A stretch of DNA of 64,000 bases from Minisyncoccota bacterium. Lineage in GTDB: Bacteria > Patescibacteriota > Minisyncoccia > JAHIHE01 > JAGLIN01. The notes below the pieces were generated by a model, which ran no database searches, was not told where the DNA came from, and saw only the letters and a program-made list of their open reading frames with translations. The DNA lies in NCBI GenBank assembly GCA_041661265.1, contig JBAZUT010000001.1, forward strand, positions 1,854 through 65,853, read 5' to 3'. Below, piece after piece: positions 10,060 to 18,715 of the stretch (position 1 is its first letter; every line of letters begins with the position of its first letter). The position numbers and the translations under genes were made by a program.

Positions 10060-11370
10060 ATGAACGCAATGGCGCAAAAAAACACAGCGTGGATGGTGAT
10101 TTTGTTCATGACAATTCTGCCTGTTTTGAGATGGGCCCAGATCTCCCCCCTGGAATACAGATTCCTGGATTTTGGCGCGACCATGGGAAGTGCCGGACAA
10201 ATTACTGCGCTCATGGGCATGGTCTTGTTTTCCATAAATCTCATTCTCTCCGGAAGGTTCAAGGTTCTCGATAGATCCATGCACGGACTTGTTGATGTTT
10301 ACAACAAGCACCACATCGTCGGCGCGATCTCCTTTTCCCTACTCTTGTTCCATCCCCTGTTTCTGGCTCTGAGATTTATGCCCATATCTCTCCGGGAGGC
10401 GGCGCTATTCCTTCTTCCCGGTCAGAACCAGGCTATAAACTACGGCATAATCTCGCTCCTCCTTTTTATCCTGCTTATAGTATTCACTTTTTTTGCCTCT
10501 CTAGGATACAAGCGCTGGAAAATTTCGCACACCTTTATGATCCTGGTCGCTTTCTTCGCGATCCTGCATTCATTCAGGACGACAAGCGATGTATCACGGG
10601 ATCCATTGTTGAGATCTTATATATTAGGATTGGCTTTCATTGGGTTTGCTTCTGCGTTCTATCAGGCATTTCTCAGCAAATTCATCCGGAAAAAATATAT
10701 TTACGTCGTGGAAAAAGTATCCAAAGTCGGTCCGGGGATCGTCGAGATCGAAATGTCTCCGAAGAACAGACGGATGACCTTTGAAGCGGGACAATTCATT
10801 TTCATCCGTTTTTCAAGCAAGATCGTCGGAAACGAGGTCCACCCGTTCTCCATTTCTTCGGGAGAGGACGATCCGAATTTGTCCGTATCGATAAAATCAC
10901 TTGGAGATTTCACAAAAAATGCCGCCGGCATCGAGATCGGAAGCGAGGCGGCGATCGAAGGACCATATGGCAAATTTTCACGCAGGAATTCTGCGAGCAA
11001 AGATCAGATCTGGGTGGCGGGCGGGATCGGCATCACTCCGTTCCTCAGCATGGCGAGAAGCCTGAAGGATGACGATTATAGGATAGATCTTTTCTACAGC
11101 GTGAAAAGCGTTGAGGAGGCGGCATTTCTGAACGAACTCGAAGAGATCTCAAGGTCTCATCCCGGATTCAAAGTGATAAGCTGGATCTCCAACGACAAAG
11201 GATTCCTCAGCTGCAACGCGATCTCGGAAATAAGCCTGAATTTTTCGGATAAAGACATATTTCTCTGCGGCCCCCCTGTTTTCATGGAATGCATCCATGC
11301 TCAGCTTATTGGCCTTGACATTCCGGAATCAAGGATCCACTGGGAAATTTTTAATTTTTCTCCAAAATAA
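10060..11370 (+). CDS. ferric-reductase/NOX-like membrane flavocytochrome (bis-heme TM domain + FAD- and NAD(P)H-binding domains)
   Basis: Paired His in TM helices (HHIVGAISFSLLLFHP; ILHSF), HPFSISS FAD motif, GGIGITP and CGPP NAD-binding motifs. Confidence 0.75.
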   Translation: MNAMAQKNTAWMVILFMTILPVLRWAQISPLEYRFLDFGATMGSAGQITALMGMVLFSINLILSGRFKVLDRSMHGLVDVYNKHHIVGAISFSLLLFHPLFLALRFMPISLREAALFLLPGQNQAINYGIISLLLFILLIVFTFFASLGYKRWKISHTFMILVAFFAILHSFRTTSDVSRDPLLRSYILGLAFIGFASAFYQAFLSKFIRKKYIYVVEKVSKVGPGIVEIEMSPKNRRMTFEAGQFIFIRFSSKIVGNEVHPFSISSGEDDPNLSVSIKSLGDFTKNAAGIEIGSEAAIEGPYGKFSRRNSASKDQIWVAGGIGITPFLSMARSLKDDDYRIDLFYSVKSVEEAAFLNELEEISRSHPGFKVISWISNDKGFLSCNAISEISLNFSDKDIFLCGPPVFMECIHAQLIGLDIPESRIHWEIFNFSPK

Positions 11371-11374
11371 AACT

Positions 11375-12226
11375 ATGAAAAAATTAGTAGGCGTTTCGCT
11401 CTTTGTTTTTTGGGCATTTGTTGCGGCGATCCTGACCGCAGGACTTGTCTTTTATCAGAACAATAAAAATTCTCCGGCTGGAAATTCCGTCCTCCCCTCC
11501 GGAGCAAGCGACCCGGTCCAGGAAGAACAAATAACGCTTGATGCGGCCGAGATCGCAAAACACGGATCGACCCAGGACTGCTGGCTTCTGATAAACAGCA
11601 AAGTTTACAATGTTACAACCTATCTTGGAACCCATGCGGGCGGAGTGGCGACCATCGCTCCCTATTGCGGAAAGGAAGCGACCCAGGCCTTTGCCACAAA
11701 AGAGACGGGATCCTCCCATTCTTCATATGCGAATGAGCTTCTTGCTTCGTATTACGTCGGAGATCTGAATCAAAAGATCGGCGCGCCTCAACCCGGACAG
11801 AATACGCAAAACGCGAACACGCCTCCCCCGCCGCAACCAAATCCCTCCGCCGCAGATCCGGCTCCGAAACCTCCGCCGCCCCCGGTCAGTCAGACGTCTC
11901 TCAATGCCGCCGAGATCGCAAAGCATAATTCAACGGGCGACTGCTGGATAATTATCAGCAGCAAAGTGTACAACGTCACAAGCTATCTTCAAGCGCATCC
12001 GGGCGGAGTCGGAACAATCTCTCCTTATTGCGGACAAGATGCAACCCAGGCATTCCAGGGAAAAGGGCATTCTTCTTATGCAGACAGCCTGCTTGCTTCA
12101 TATTACATCGGATCATTGAATCAGACCGTTGACACTCCCGTAATACAGCAGAATGTCCAAAACACCAACAACACTCCTCCTCCGATCAACATACGAGGAG
12201 ACGATGACGATGACAATGACGATTAA
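11375..12226 (+). CDS. secreted/membrane-anchored protein with two cytochrome b5-like heme-binding domains and Pro-rich linkers
   Basis: Two copies of DCW(L/I)(L/I)I(N/S)SKVYNVT.YL..H.GGV cyt b5 signature (HPGG). N-terminal signal/TM MKKLVGVSLFVFWAFVAAIL. Starts 4 nt after the upstream stop. Confidence 0.75.
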   Translation: MKKLVGVSLFVFWAFVAAILTAGLVFYQNNKNSPAGNSVLPSGASDPVQEEQITLDAAEIAKHGSTQDCWLLINSKVYNVTTYLGTHAGGVATIAPYCGKEATQAFATKETGSSHSSYANELLASYYVGDLNQKIGAPQPGQNTQNANTPPPPQPNPSAADPAPKPPPPPVSQTSLNAAEIAKHNSTGDCWIIISSKVYNVTSYLQAHPGGVGTISPYCGQDATQAFQGKGHSSYADSLLASYYIGSLNQTVDTPVIQQNVQNTNNTPPPINIRGDDDDDNDD

Positions 12227-12248
12227 AGATACGCCACGCACTGCAAAA

Positions 12249-12273
12249 ACACATACGACTTATGTGTTTTTTA
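12249..12273 (+). terminator. rho-independent terminator after the cyt b5 gene
   Basis: acacata-cgact-tatgtgt hairpin followed by TTTTTT. Confidence 0.6.
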
Positions 12274-12307
12274 TTGACTAGAACCGGTTTTATGCCAAAT
12301 GCGAGGA

Positions 12308-12336
12308 TTGACTTTAAATTGGATATATGCTAAAAT
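12308..12336 (+). promoter_or_regulatory. sigma70-type promoter TTGACT-17-TAAAAT
   Basis: Consensus-like hexamers with 17-nt spacer upstream of the 12428 gene. A 7-bp hairpin GTTGCAT..ATGCAAC lies in the leader. Confidence 0.5.
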
Positions 12337-12427
12337 AGCATGTTATCGGTTATTTTACAACTCCCGATAATGCCAGTTGCATGGTTTAATGCAACGAAAT
12401 GCACATTTATATGCAGGAGAGAAAAAT

Positions 12428-13240
12428 ATGTATCTGAAGAAATATACAGAAATACTGAAAAGATTACGAAACGATCCTATGATAAATCCGTCAGCCGGAG
12501 ATATCGCGAAGCTATGTCCGCACCTGGCCGCAGAGGAAATAGAGAGAATGTTCAATCAAAGCGATACTATGTTCATCGCCTGTCCGAGCTTAAAGGTTCG
12601 GGGCGCATTCCAGATCATCTATCTTGAACCGGCCGCAAAGAATCAACCCGTGACGCTCAGATGGGGCCATACGGGCAAGATCAATTATGCTCCGGAATAT
12701 CCATATACGGCGGAAGCGATTAAATTTGCCGAAGATAACTGGGGAAAATATCTGATCGATGATAGCTGGTCGGAAGTCGCCGAAGTGAGGATAATGGATC
12801 CGACAGATCTCGTATATGGCGAGCTCTATCCGGGAGGCGCTCCTAAAAATGTAATGACCATTATCGCCATCATGAGCCAAAGAAGCGAAGTGATGTCCCG
12901 CGACCATTCGCGTCCGAGAAACAAATTGTTCGATGAAGCGATCATCGAAATGTCCACCGATCCTCTGATATCAGAAGAACTGAAAGACGGACGCCACCCG
13001 TACACATATTATTTTTGCGGATTTTGCGGATCGGGATTCGAACCTTCATATTGTCCCGGATGTGACAACGGATTTGAGGGAGGCTACTTTGAAGATCGTG
13101 CTTCAAGAATGGCTCTGCCGCCAAAATTGGCGGAGTTTGCCAGACAGAATGGACACGTCTTTAAAAAAGACCCCAAGATAGCCCTGGAGAAGGAATTGAA
13201 AGGATTCAGAGAAAACAAGTATTATTATTGGAGAAAGTAA
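12428..13240 (+). CDS. hypothetical protein with C-terminal Cys4 zinc-ribbon (CGFCGSG...CPGCDNG)
   Basis: ORF with AGGAGA-N7-ATG, terminator hairpin GCCAGTTG..CAGCTGGC at ~13270-13300. Confidence 0.5.
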   Translation: MYLKKYTEILKRLRNDPMINPSAGDIAKLCPHLAAEEIERMFNQSDTMFIACPSLKVRGAFQIIYLEPAAKNQPVTLRWGHTGKINYAPEYPYTAEAIKFAEDNWGKYLIDDSWSEVAEVRIMDPTDLVYGELYPGGAPKNVMTIIAIMSQRSEVMSRDHSRPRNKLFDEAIIEMSTDPLISEELKDGRHPYTYYFCGFCGSGFEPSYCPGCDNGFEGGYFEDRASRMALPPKLAEFARQNGHVFKKDPKIALEKELKGFRENKYYYWRK

Positions 13241-13349
13241 AGCGGCGATATTTTTTGCCGCGATATAAATGCCAGTTGCAACGAACAGCTGGCATCTTTT
13301 AATTATCATTCAAATTTCAATCGCACAGAAAATATGCAGGATAAACTGC

Positions 13350-13378
13350 TTGACAAATCATGTTTGATGTAATATAAT
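13350..13378 (+). promoter_or_regulatory. sigma70-type promoter TTGACA-17-TATAAT (perfect consensus)
   Basis: 13350 TTGACA, 17-nt spacer, 13373 TATAAT. Drives the 13448 gene via a ~70-nt leader. Confidence 0.6.
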
Positions 13379-13447
13379 GCATCGTTTCAAGCTGAAATAC
13401 AGACATCAGAAGCTTGCAAACGAAAAGATATATCAGGAGAGATTATT

Positions 13448-13810
13448 ATGGATATGAATCCAATATTGCACATAGTATATGCGATCTTGATCGCCGCAGG
13501 TTTTATCACGATGATGTGGTCCTGGGCGTCCAGCGAGGGCGAACGCATTTCTGATGAACAAAGAAAGTTTTACGGACGCACATTCCTGGCAGGTGCCGGT
13601 CTAATATGTGTCACAGTGGTATATATCTACCCTGCAGCTTTGGGTGTTATAATCACAATAGCATCATTAGTCGGGCTTGCATGGTTCATGACAAACTACC
13701 ATATGAATAAAGATACGGAAGAGCGCCGCCGGATAGACAGCGCGATAATAACAAGATGCCACGCAGCGATAACAGAAATAAACCAAAGAAATAAAGCAAC
13801 AAAGGGATGA
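13448..13810 (+). CDS. small membrane protein (hypothetical)
   Basis: 120 aa with 3 predicted TM segments, RBS AGGAGAG upstream. Confidence 0.5.
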   Translation: MDMNPILHIVYAILIAAGFITMMWSWASSEGERISDEQRKFYGRTFLAGAGLICVTVVYIYPAALGVIITIASLVGLAWFMTNYHMNKDTEERRRIDSAIITRCHAAITEINQRNKATKG

Positions 13811-13892
13811 AAGAGCATCCTCTTTTTTTATCTTAATAGATCACATTCGTGTTTGAGAGAAACCGTTTCAACTCATTGAATAATTCGATGGC

Positions 13893-13921
13893 TTGACAAA
13901 TTACGTTTATTACAATAGAAT
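13893..13921 (+). promoter_or_regulatory. sigma70-type promoter TTGACA-17-TAGAAT, paralogous to the 13350 promoter/leader
   Basis: Same hexamers and a similar downstream leader (caggctg..ggcttg hairpin). Confidence 0.55.
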
Positions 13922-14003
13922 GCGATGTTTCAGGCTGGAATATAAATATTACTGGCTTGTGAACAAAACAAATGTTTACTGGGATAAACAAGGGAGAAAA
14001 AAT

Positions 14004-14417
14004 ATGGCAGTTCAAATGTCTATACAAATTAATGTGAAAGAGCCGGAAGAGATGAGCAGACTTTCCCGAGCAGCTGAGACACGATCGTGGACATATAGTG
14101 ATTGGCAGGCCATCGAAGAAGCAGAAAAACATTATGAAGAAGAGATCATAGAAGCCATAAAAAGAAAAATGGAAACCGTCATAGTGATTCCAGAAAGTGA
14201 AAATGTACTTATCTACAGACAGCAAGTCATTAGCGAAGACAAGGAACGGTCCTTGGAAGACGCACTAGACTTCATGGTAAACATGGCATCAAGATCAGGA
14301 CGAAAAGTTTTGAGCCACAGTGTGGCCTATGAACCAAAAATCAATGATCCGCTTTCAGGCTGGGATTCAGCGCCAAAATATTTCTATTGTATCACCATGA
14401 TCCTCGCTCCAAAATAA
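14004..14417 (+). CDS. hypothetical protein
   Basis: ATG at 14004 preceded by AAGGGAGAAAAAAT, 137 aa, charged. The upstream ORF extension overlaps the promoter. Confidence 0.45.
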   Translation: MAVQMSIQINVKEPEEMSRLSRAAETRSWTYSDWQAIEEAEKHYEEEIIEAIKRKMETVIVIPESENVLIYRQQVISEDKERSLEDALDFMVNMASRSGRKVLSHSVAYEPKINDPLSGWDSAPKYFYCITMILAPK

Positions 14418-14476
14418 AAAACATCGAAAACCGCCTGGAATGATCCGGCGGTATTTCTTATACGCAATTTTGATAT

Positions 14477-15046
14477 TTAATAAATAATATTCGTATTCGG
14501 GAGAAGCCGTTTCAATTCATTGACGCTGTCCAGGGAATATTTATTATTCGATATGTCCAAGGTCTTAAGATTGTCTTTGAGATTTGCGATCTCATTTGGA
14601 AAAGTATCAAGACCGTTATAGGAATAATTCAGCGTGGAAAGATTCTTGAGTTGTCCGATCTCCGCCGGAATGCCGGTCATGCTGTTATATTGGACATCCA
14701 GGATCCTCAAATTGGACATTTTCCTTATTTCCCCGGCAAGCGATCCCTGAAGTTCATTGTGATCGAGATACAGCTCCTCGATGTTCGAAAGCCCGCCGAT
14801 CTCGGAAGGCAACGACCGGAGTTTGTTGTTGGAAAGAACGAGCTTCGTCACCTGGGTCTGGCTCAGTGTTTCTTTCGGGATCGAGGTTAGATCCTTTCCG
14901 CTTAAATTTATTTCCTTCGCGCCGCCGACACCGGGAATATTCGGAATGATACTGGCTGGAGTTGTCCGCATTGTCCCCAAAAGATATGCAGAAGCAACAA
15001 CCAGAATGGCGGCGACCGCGATCAGCAAGATCGATGTTTTTGTCAT
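14477..15046 (-). CDS. leucine-rich-repeat (LRR) protein with N-terminal signal anchor
   Basis: Repeated LxxLxLxxNxL units (LVLSNNKLRSLPSEIGGLSNIEELYLDHNELQGSL...). Confidence 0.75.
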   Translation of the reverse strand: MTKTSILLIAVAAILVVASAYLLGTMRTTPASIIPNIPGVGGAKEINLSGKDLTSIPKETLSQTQVTKLVLSNNKLRSLPSEIGGLSNIEELYLDHNELQGSLAGEIRKMSNLRILDVQYNSMTGIPAEIGQLKNLSTLNYSYNGLDTFPNEIANLKDNLKTLDISNNKYSLDSVNELKRLLPNTNIIY

Positions 15047-15081
15047 GTATTTATAATAATTATTAACGAATTATGAACGGG

Positions 15082-15573
15082 TCAATCTATCTTCGCAAAA
15101 AGAACGACATAGTTCTTGCCATATGCTTTGGCACATCTGGGACAGGTGGTGTATGAAAAATAAAGCTTCTTCATTTCTTTCCCTTTGTTTTTCACATAGT
15201 CCGCCATATCCTGCGCCCATTTCCCCGCATTGCCATAGGGGCCTTCATATACCCTGGTAAGATACGTTCCGGAAATTCTTGCCATCTCGCAGCCCGGAAC
15301 TTCCTTGGCCACATCTATATAGACGTCCGCACCCCACAAAGATTTCTCATCGGTAAGCATCAGCTGATGCAAAGCGGAAGCATCCGCGTCATTTATTGCT
15401 TCCATGTTTTTTACGATCACTTTCCCCATGTTCAACGGAATGTGCAAAAAACACGCGACATGATCTTTCACGAATAATTTATCTTTCCAGACTATTTCCT
15501 TCTCCTGCCAGGGTGCGGGATCGAACGGTTCGCAGCACCCGGTCGGTTTGATAGTCTTACTGACACTTTCCAT
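15082..15573 (-). CDS. hypothetical protein
   Basis: 163-aa ORF, no confidently recognised domain. Confidence 0.45.
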   Translation of the reverse strand: MESVSKTIKPTGCCEPFDPAPWQEKEIVWKDKLFVKDHVACFLHIPLNMGKVIVKNMEAINDADASALHQLMLTDEKSLWGADVYIDVAKEVPGCEMARISGTYLTRVYEGPYGNAGKWAQDMADYVKNKGKEMKKLYFSYTTCPRCAKAYGKNYVVLFAKID

Positions 15574-15760
15574 ATTTTTAATTTAAATATTATTTATCTT
15601 TTTTGTCCGCAAAAAGAAAAACTGTCCCAAGGGCCGAAAAAAGCAGCGCTTCCGGAAAATTCCCCTTTTGAACCGCTTCAATGAGCGCAACTCCGAAAAA
15701 CAATATAAAAACCGCAAAATTCTTTCCGATCTTGATCTTTACCATATTTTTGTATGTTAG

Positions 15761-16279
15761 TTATTTTCTCTTTATCAGCATGTCGCTATAGGAATCGGCA
15801 AGAAGATCTTCTTTTTTGATGCCAAAGAGCTCAAGGTAGCGGTTGCACTGCTCCAGCAGTTTCTCCCTGCCTATCTTCCCGTCTTTATCGGCAGCCTCGA
15901 TCTCGGCAAAAGTCCCAAGACCGCTGACGTCATCCAGATGGAATTTCACATTATCTATATAATAGATCTCCCTTTTTTTGTCGACTACGACCAATTGTCC
16001 CAGAGACCTTGAAAGAACCTCTTTCAGGCTTGATCGCGGATCGGAATCGAACAGGATCGTGCTTGACTCCTTGGGGCCCTTTTTGTTCTCCCGTTCGTAA
16101 TAGACAAGATGATTCTCAATATCCCCCTCCCGCAATTTCAGCCTCCCTGAGTTCACATTGAAATATGTATCGATCTGATGGTCGATCCCCTTGAAATCCG
16201 CATTATGCGAATTCAATATCTTCCTGATCTTGTCCTGATCGGAGCACTTTGCCTTTATTTCTATATTCAAATACTTCAT
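15761..16279 (-). CDS. CYTH-like domain protein (class IV adenylate cyclase / triphosphate tunnel family), tentative
   Basis: ~170 aa with N-terminal NIEIKAK (ExExK-like) and a downstream acidic cluster. Call is weak. Confidence 0.4.
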   Translation of the reverse strand: MKYLNIEIKAKCSDQDKIRKILNSHNADFKGIDHQIDTYFNVNSGRLKLREGDIENHLVYYERENKKGPKESSTILFDSDPRSSLKEVLSRSLGQLVVVDKKREIYYIDNVKFHLDDVSGLGTFAEIEAADKDGKIGREKLLEQCNRYLELFGIKKEDLLADSYSDMLIKRK

Positions 16280-16319
16280 TTTATTTATTTTTTTATCTTA
16301 TAATATTCGGAAGTTCCCT

Positions 16320-17015
16320 TCAGATCCCGGCAGAAAAACCTTCCTTATGCCTTCCGTCGCAAAATGGCCTGTTCTTCGACCTTCCGCACCGGCAAAGAGT
16401 GACGCGGTTCCGGACCTCGTAAACCTTGCCATCCGACCCCTCGACGGGAATGCCTCCGCGCGCCCAGATCGGACCGCTGACACCGGCCTCGGGATCTTCG
16501 ACAAGCCCTATGGACGGCTTGAAGTCCGGCTCAATGGCTTTCTTCGTTTTTTTATCCCAAGCCACAAGGCGGCCTCCCGGGCAATTGCACGCCTGTTCCG
16601 TTGCGAGTTTTTTGGATCCGGGATCATCCGATTTGGCTGTCAGTTCCCACGTCCCTTCAAAGCGGTCGCAGAATCTTGCAGACACGCAAAGGTCTTCGCG
16701 ATCCGTCAGCACAAGATCAGGCCCTTCAAGCTTCTCGGCGCAGTCAATATATTTCTTCCTGCTGGCCGTTTCCGACCCGTCAAATCCCACTTTCTCATGA
16801 GTTTTGTCGCAATAGGGCATGTCCCCGGACCTTCCGCAACGGCAAAGATAATATTCTTCCTTGTCGGGATAGCGCCTGCCCTCCTCCCACTCCTTTGAGT
16901 ATCCGTGCTCGTCCGCGATTATGGTCTGCTTTGACATCGGAACGCCTCCCGTCACCTTATAGGGACCGTTTTTCATAATCTTTATTCTCGGATCTTTTTT
17001 GTTATTTTTTTCCAT
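16320..17015 (-). CDS. CDGSH-type iron-sulfur domain protein (two CDGSH modules)
   Basis: CRCGRSGDMPYCDKTH and CRCGRSKNRPFCDGRH motifs. Confidence 0.75.
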   Translation of the reverse strand: MEKNNKKDPRIKIMKNGPYKVTGGVPMSKQTIIADEHGYSKEWEEGRRYPDKEEYYLCRCGRSGDMPYCDKTHEKVGFDGSETASRKKYIDCAEKLEGPDLVLTDREDLCVSARFCDRFEGTWELTAKSDDPGSKKLATEQACNCPGGRLVAWDKKTKKAIEPDFKPSIGLVEDPEAGVSGPIWARGGIPVEGSDGKVYEVRNRVTLCRCGRSKNRPFCDGRHKEGFSAGI

Positions 17016-17041
17016 ATATTTTAAATTATATGATAACAAGT

Positions 17042-17743
17042 TTAAAATCTTTTATTCTCCAATTCCCTGATCGCATCGCCCGCGATCCACTTTGCGGACC
17101 GGGAATCCGATCTTCTTATTTCCTTTGCAACCTTCAGAGCCTCCTTGTTCAGAGTTCTATTTCTCTTTCCGATCTGGCGGAGCGCCCAATTGACAGCTTT
17201 TTTCACAAAGTTCCTTTCATCAACGCATTCTTTTTTTATGTATGGAAAAAAATCAATGAATGCGCCGTCATTCGCAGACTTATCATGCACCGCAAGAGTC
17301 GCCATCAGCACGAACCCGGCACGTTTCACAAACTCTTCTTTTCGTTCGCTCCACTCGGCCGCCTTGTCATATGCGAATTCGGTCCTGTCAAAAAGGTTTC
17401 CACAGGCCTGGTCGCACAGGTCCCAGGACTCCAGATCCGAAACCCAGGACTCCATCTGCGCCTCGGTCACCAGATCCGGATCATCGACAAGCACGGCAAC
17501 GATCCTTGCTTCATGGATCTTTGAATTCCAGAGCTTAAGCGCCAGATCATGGCGATATCCGGAAACGTCTTTTTCTCTCTTCGCTTCTTTTTTCACCGTC
17601 CGGGCAAGGTCCCTCAGATACGGCATACCCACACCAAGAGTGTTCTTTGAGCTGATGCCGAACCTCGCCATTCCCTCAACGTTCTTCCGGCTCCCATTGG
17701 CTCTAAGTTTTGAGATTATCTCTTTGCAATTCATATGTTTCAT
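17042..17743 (-). CDS. DNA alkylation repair enzyme (AlkD-like HEAT-repeat protein)
   Basis: Overall similarity pattern of the DNA_alkylation family (WNSKIHEARIVAVLV..., WALRQIGKRN). Confidence 0.65.
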   Translation of the reverse strand: MKHMNCKEIISKLRANGSRKNVEGMARFGISSKNTLGVGMPYLRDLARTVKKEAKREKDVSGYRHDLALKLWNSKIHEARIVAVLVDDPDLVTEAQMESWVSDLESWDLCDQACGNLFDRTEFAYDKAAEWSERKEEFVKRAGFVLMATLAVHDKSANDGAFIDFFPYIKKECVDERNFVKKAVNWALRQIGKRNRTLNKEALKVAKEIRRSDSRSAKWIAGDAIRELENKRF

Positions 17744-18516
17744 TGAAGATTATCGAAAAAATTGCATCTTGAAGCCGCATCCAGATCGTCCGTCTCTCCT
17801 ATATAGATTTCAGTAAATTTCGAAACATCCAGCCCATCAATGCCCACATGGCAGATAATGCCGCCAGAAAGAAAATATTTCAGCGGTCCGTCCGAGAAAG
17901 TGCCGTTCGGGACATTCAGGCATACCGTATCTATCCTATTGTCTTTCAGAAGTTTCCTGATGCCGCCCAGCAAATTTTCATATTTATCCGAGATCAGGAG
18001 GTCATCGGGAAGCCATTTGCAGCTCGCACAGGTCGAAACTTGCGGAAATTTTTTCTTGAACGAAAGCAGCCTTCCGAGGTTTGACCACTCCGTGAGATAA
18101 TCAGGCTCCCCTTCCCTGCGGCTATATCCAAACCTCAATTCCTCCGCAAAAGAATGAACCAGACATTTTTGCGCACCGATCCTGGAAACCGTTTTTTCGA
18201 CGACCGGCCACGCATCAGGATGTTTGCAATCGATAACGACAGGGATCATTGCTTTCGAAACCAGACCCACAGCTTCCCAGATGGGCATGGAAACGGCCCG
18301 AGCTTCCCCGCTTTTTTCATAATATTCTTCCGAGTGGCCGAGATACGGTTTTCCCGAACCGTCCACGCATACATCAAGGTCCATGCTCTTCTTCTCGCCG
18401 ATCGCCTTCCGGACGATGTCTTCGCTTGCCGAATATGTGTGAAAAAGCGTGAAAGGCTTTTTTGAATCAAGTATTTTTTTTGTAAGAGACATATTATATA
18501 GAGTTATTCTCGACAT
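17740..18516 (-). CDS. hypothetical protein (start uncertain: 18516, 18492 or GTG 18534)
   Basis: Long ORF overlapping the downstream gene stop by 4 nt, no recognised domain. Confidence 0.4.
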   Translation of the reverse strand: MSRITLYNMSLTKKILDSKKPFTLFHTYSASEDIVRKAIGEKKSMDLDVCVDGSGKPYLGHSEEYYEKSGEARAVSMPIWEAVGLVSKAMIPVVIDCKHPDAWPVVEKTVSRIGAQKCLVHSFAEELRFGYSRREGEPDYLTEWSNLGRLLSFKKKFPQVSTCASCKWLPDDLLISDKYENLLGGIRKLLKDNRIDTVCLNVPNGTFSDGPLKYFLSGGIICHVGIDGLDVSKFTEIYIGETDDLDAASRCNFFDNLQ

Positions 18517-18715
18517 ATATATGATAACATCCACCGGTGTTTATTGGAATATAGTTATCAACACAAAATGCGTATTTTCCCGGCATGATCCGAAAATGCA
18601 GCTTGATTTTATTATCGTCGGCAAGTGCCGCTAAAAACAAAAAAGGAAGCCGGATCGATCGACTTTCGGCCTCTATTTAAAATACGAAAACGGAAAAAAC
18701 TGATCCGCGATCGCT

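Noticed and set aside
13833-14225. 130-aa minus-strand ORF 13833-14225
   Set aside because: It is antisense to a plus-strand gene with a consensus promoter and RBS. Only its last ~14 codons show homology, as an LRR gene tail remnant.
16347-16898. Long antisense ORFs opposite well-supported genes (16347-16898 vs CDGSH; 8516-9058 vs TetR; 19085-19723 vs APH; 22167-22571 vs HD; 28151-28645 vs AEC; 49530-50339 vs FTR1; 21255-21632 vs TipAS)
   Set aside because: In each case the opposite strand carries a protein with clear family motifs. The antisense translations are low-complexity or Arg/Ser-rich and lack start signals.
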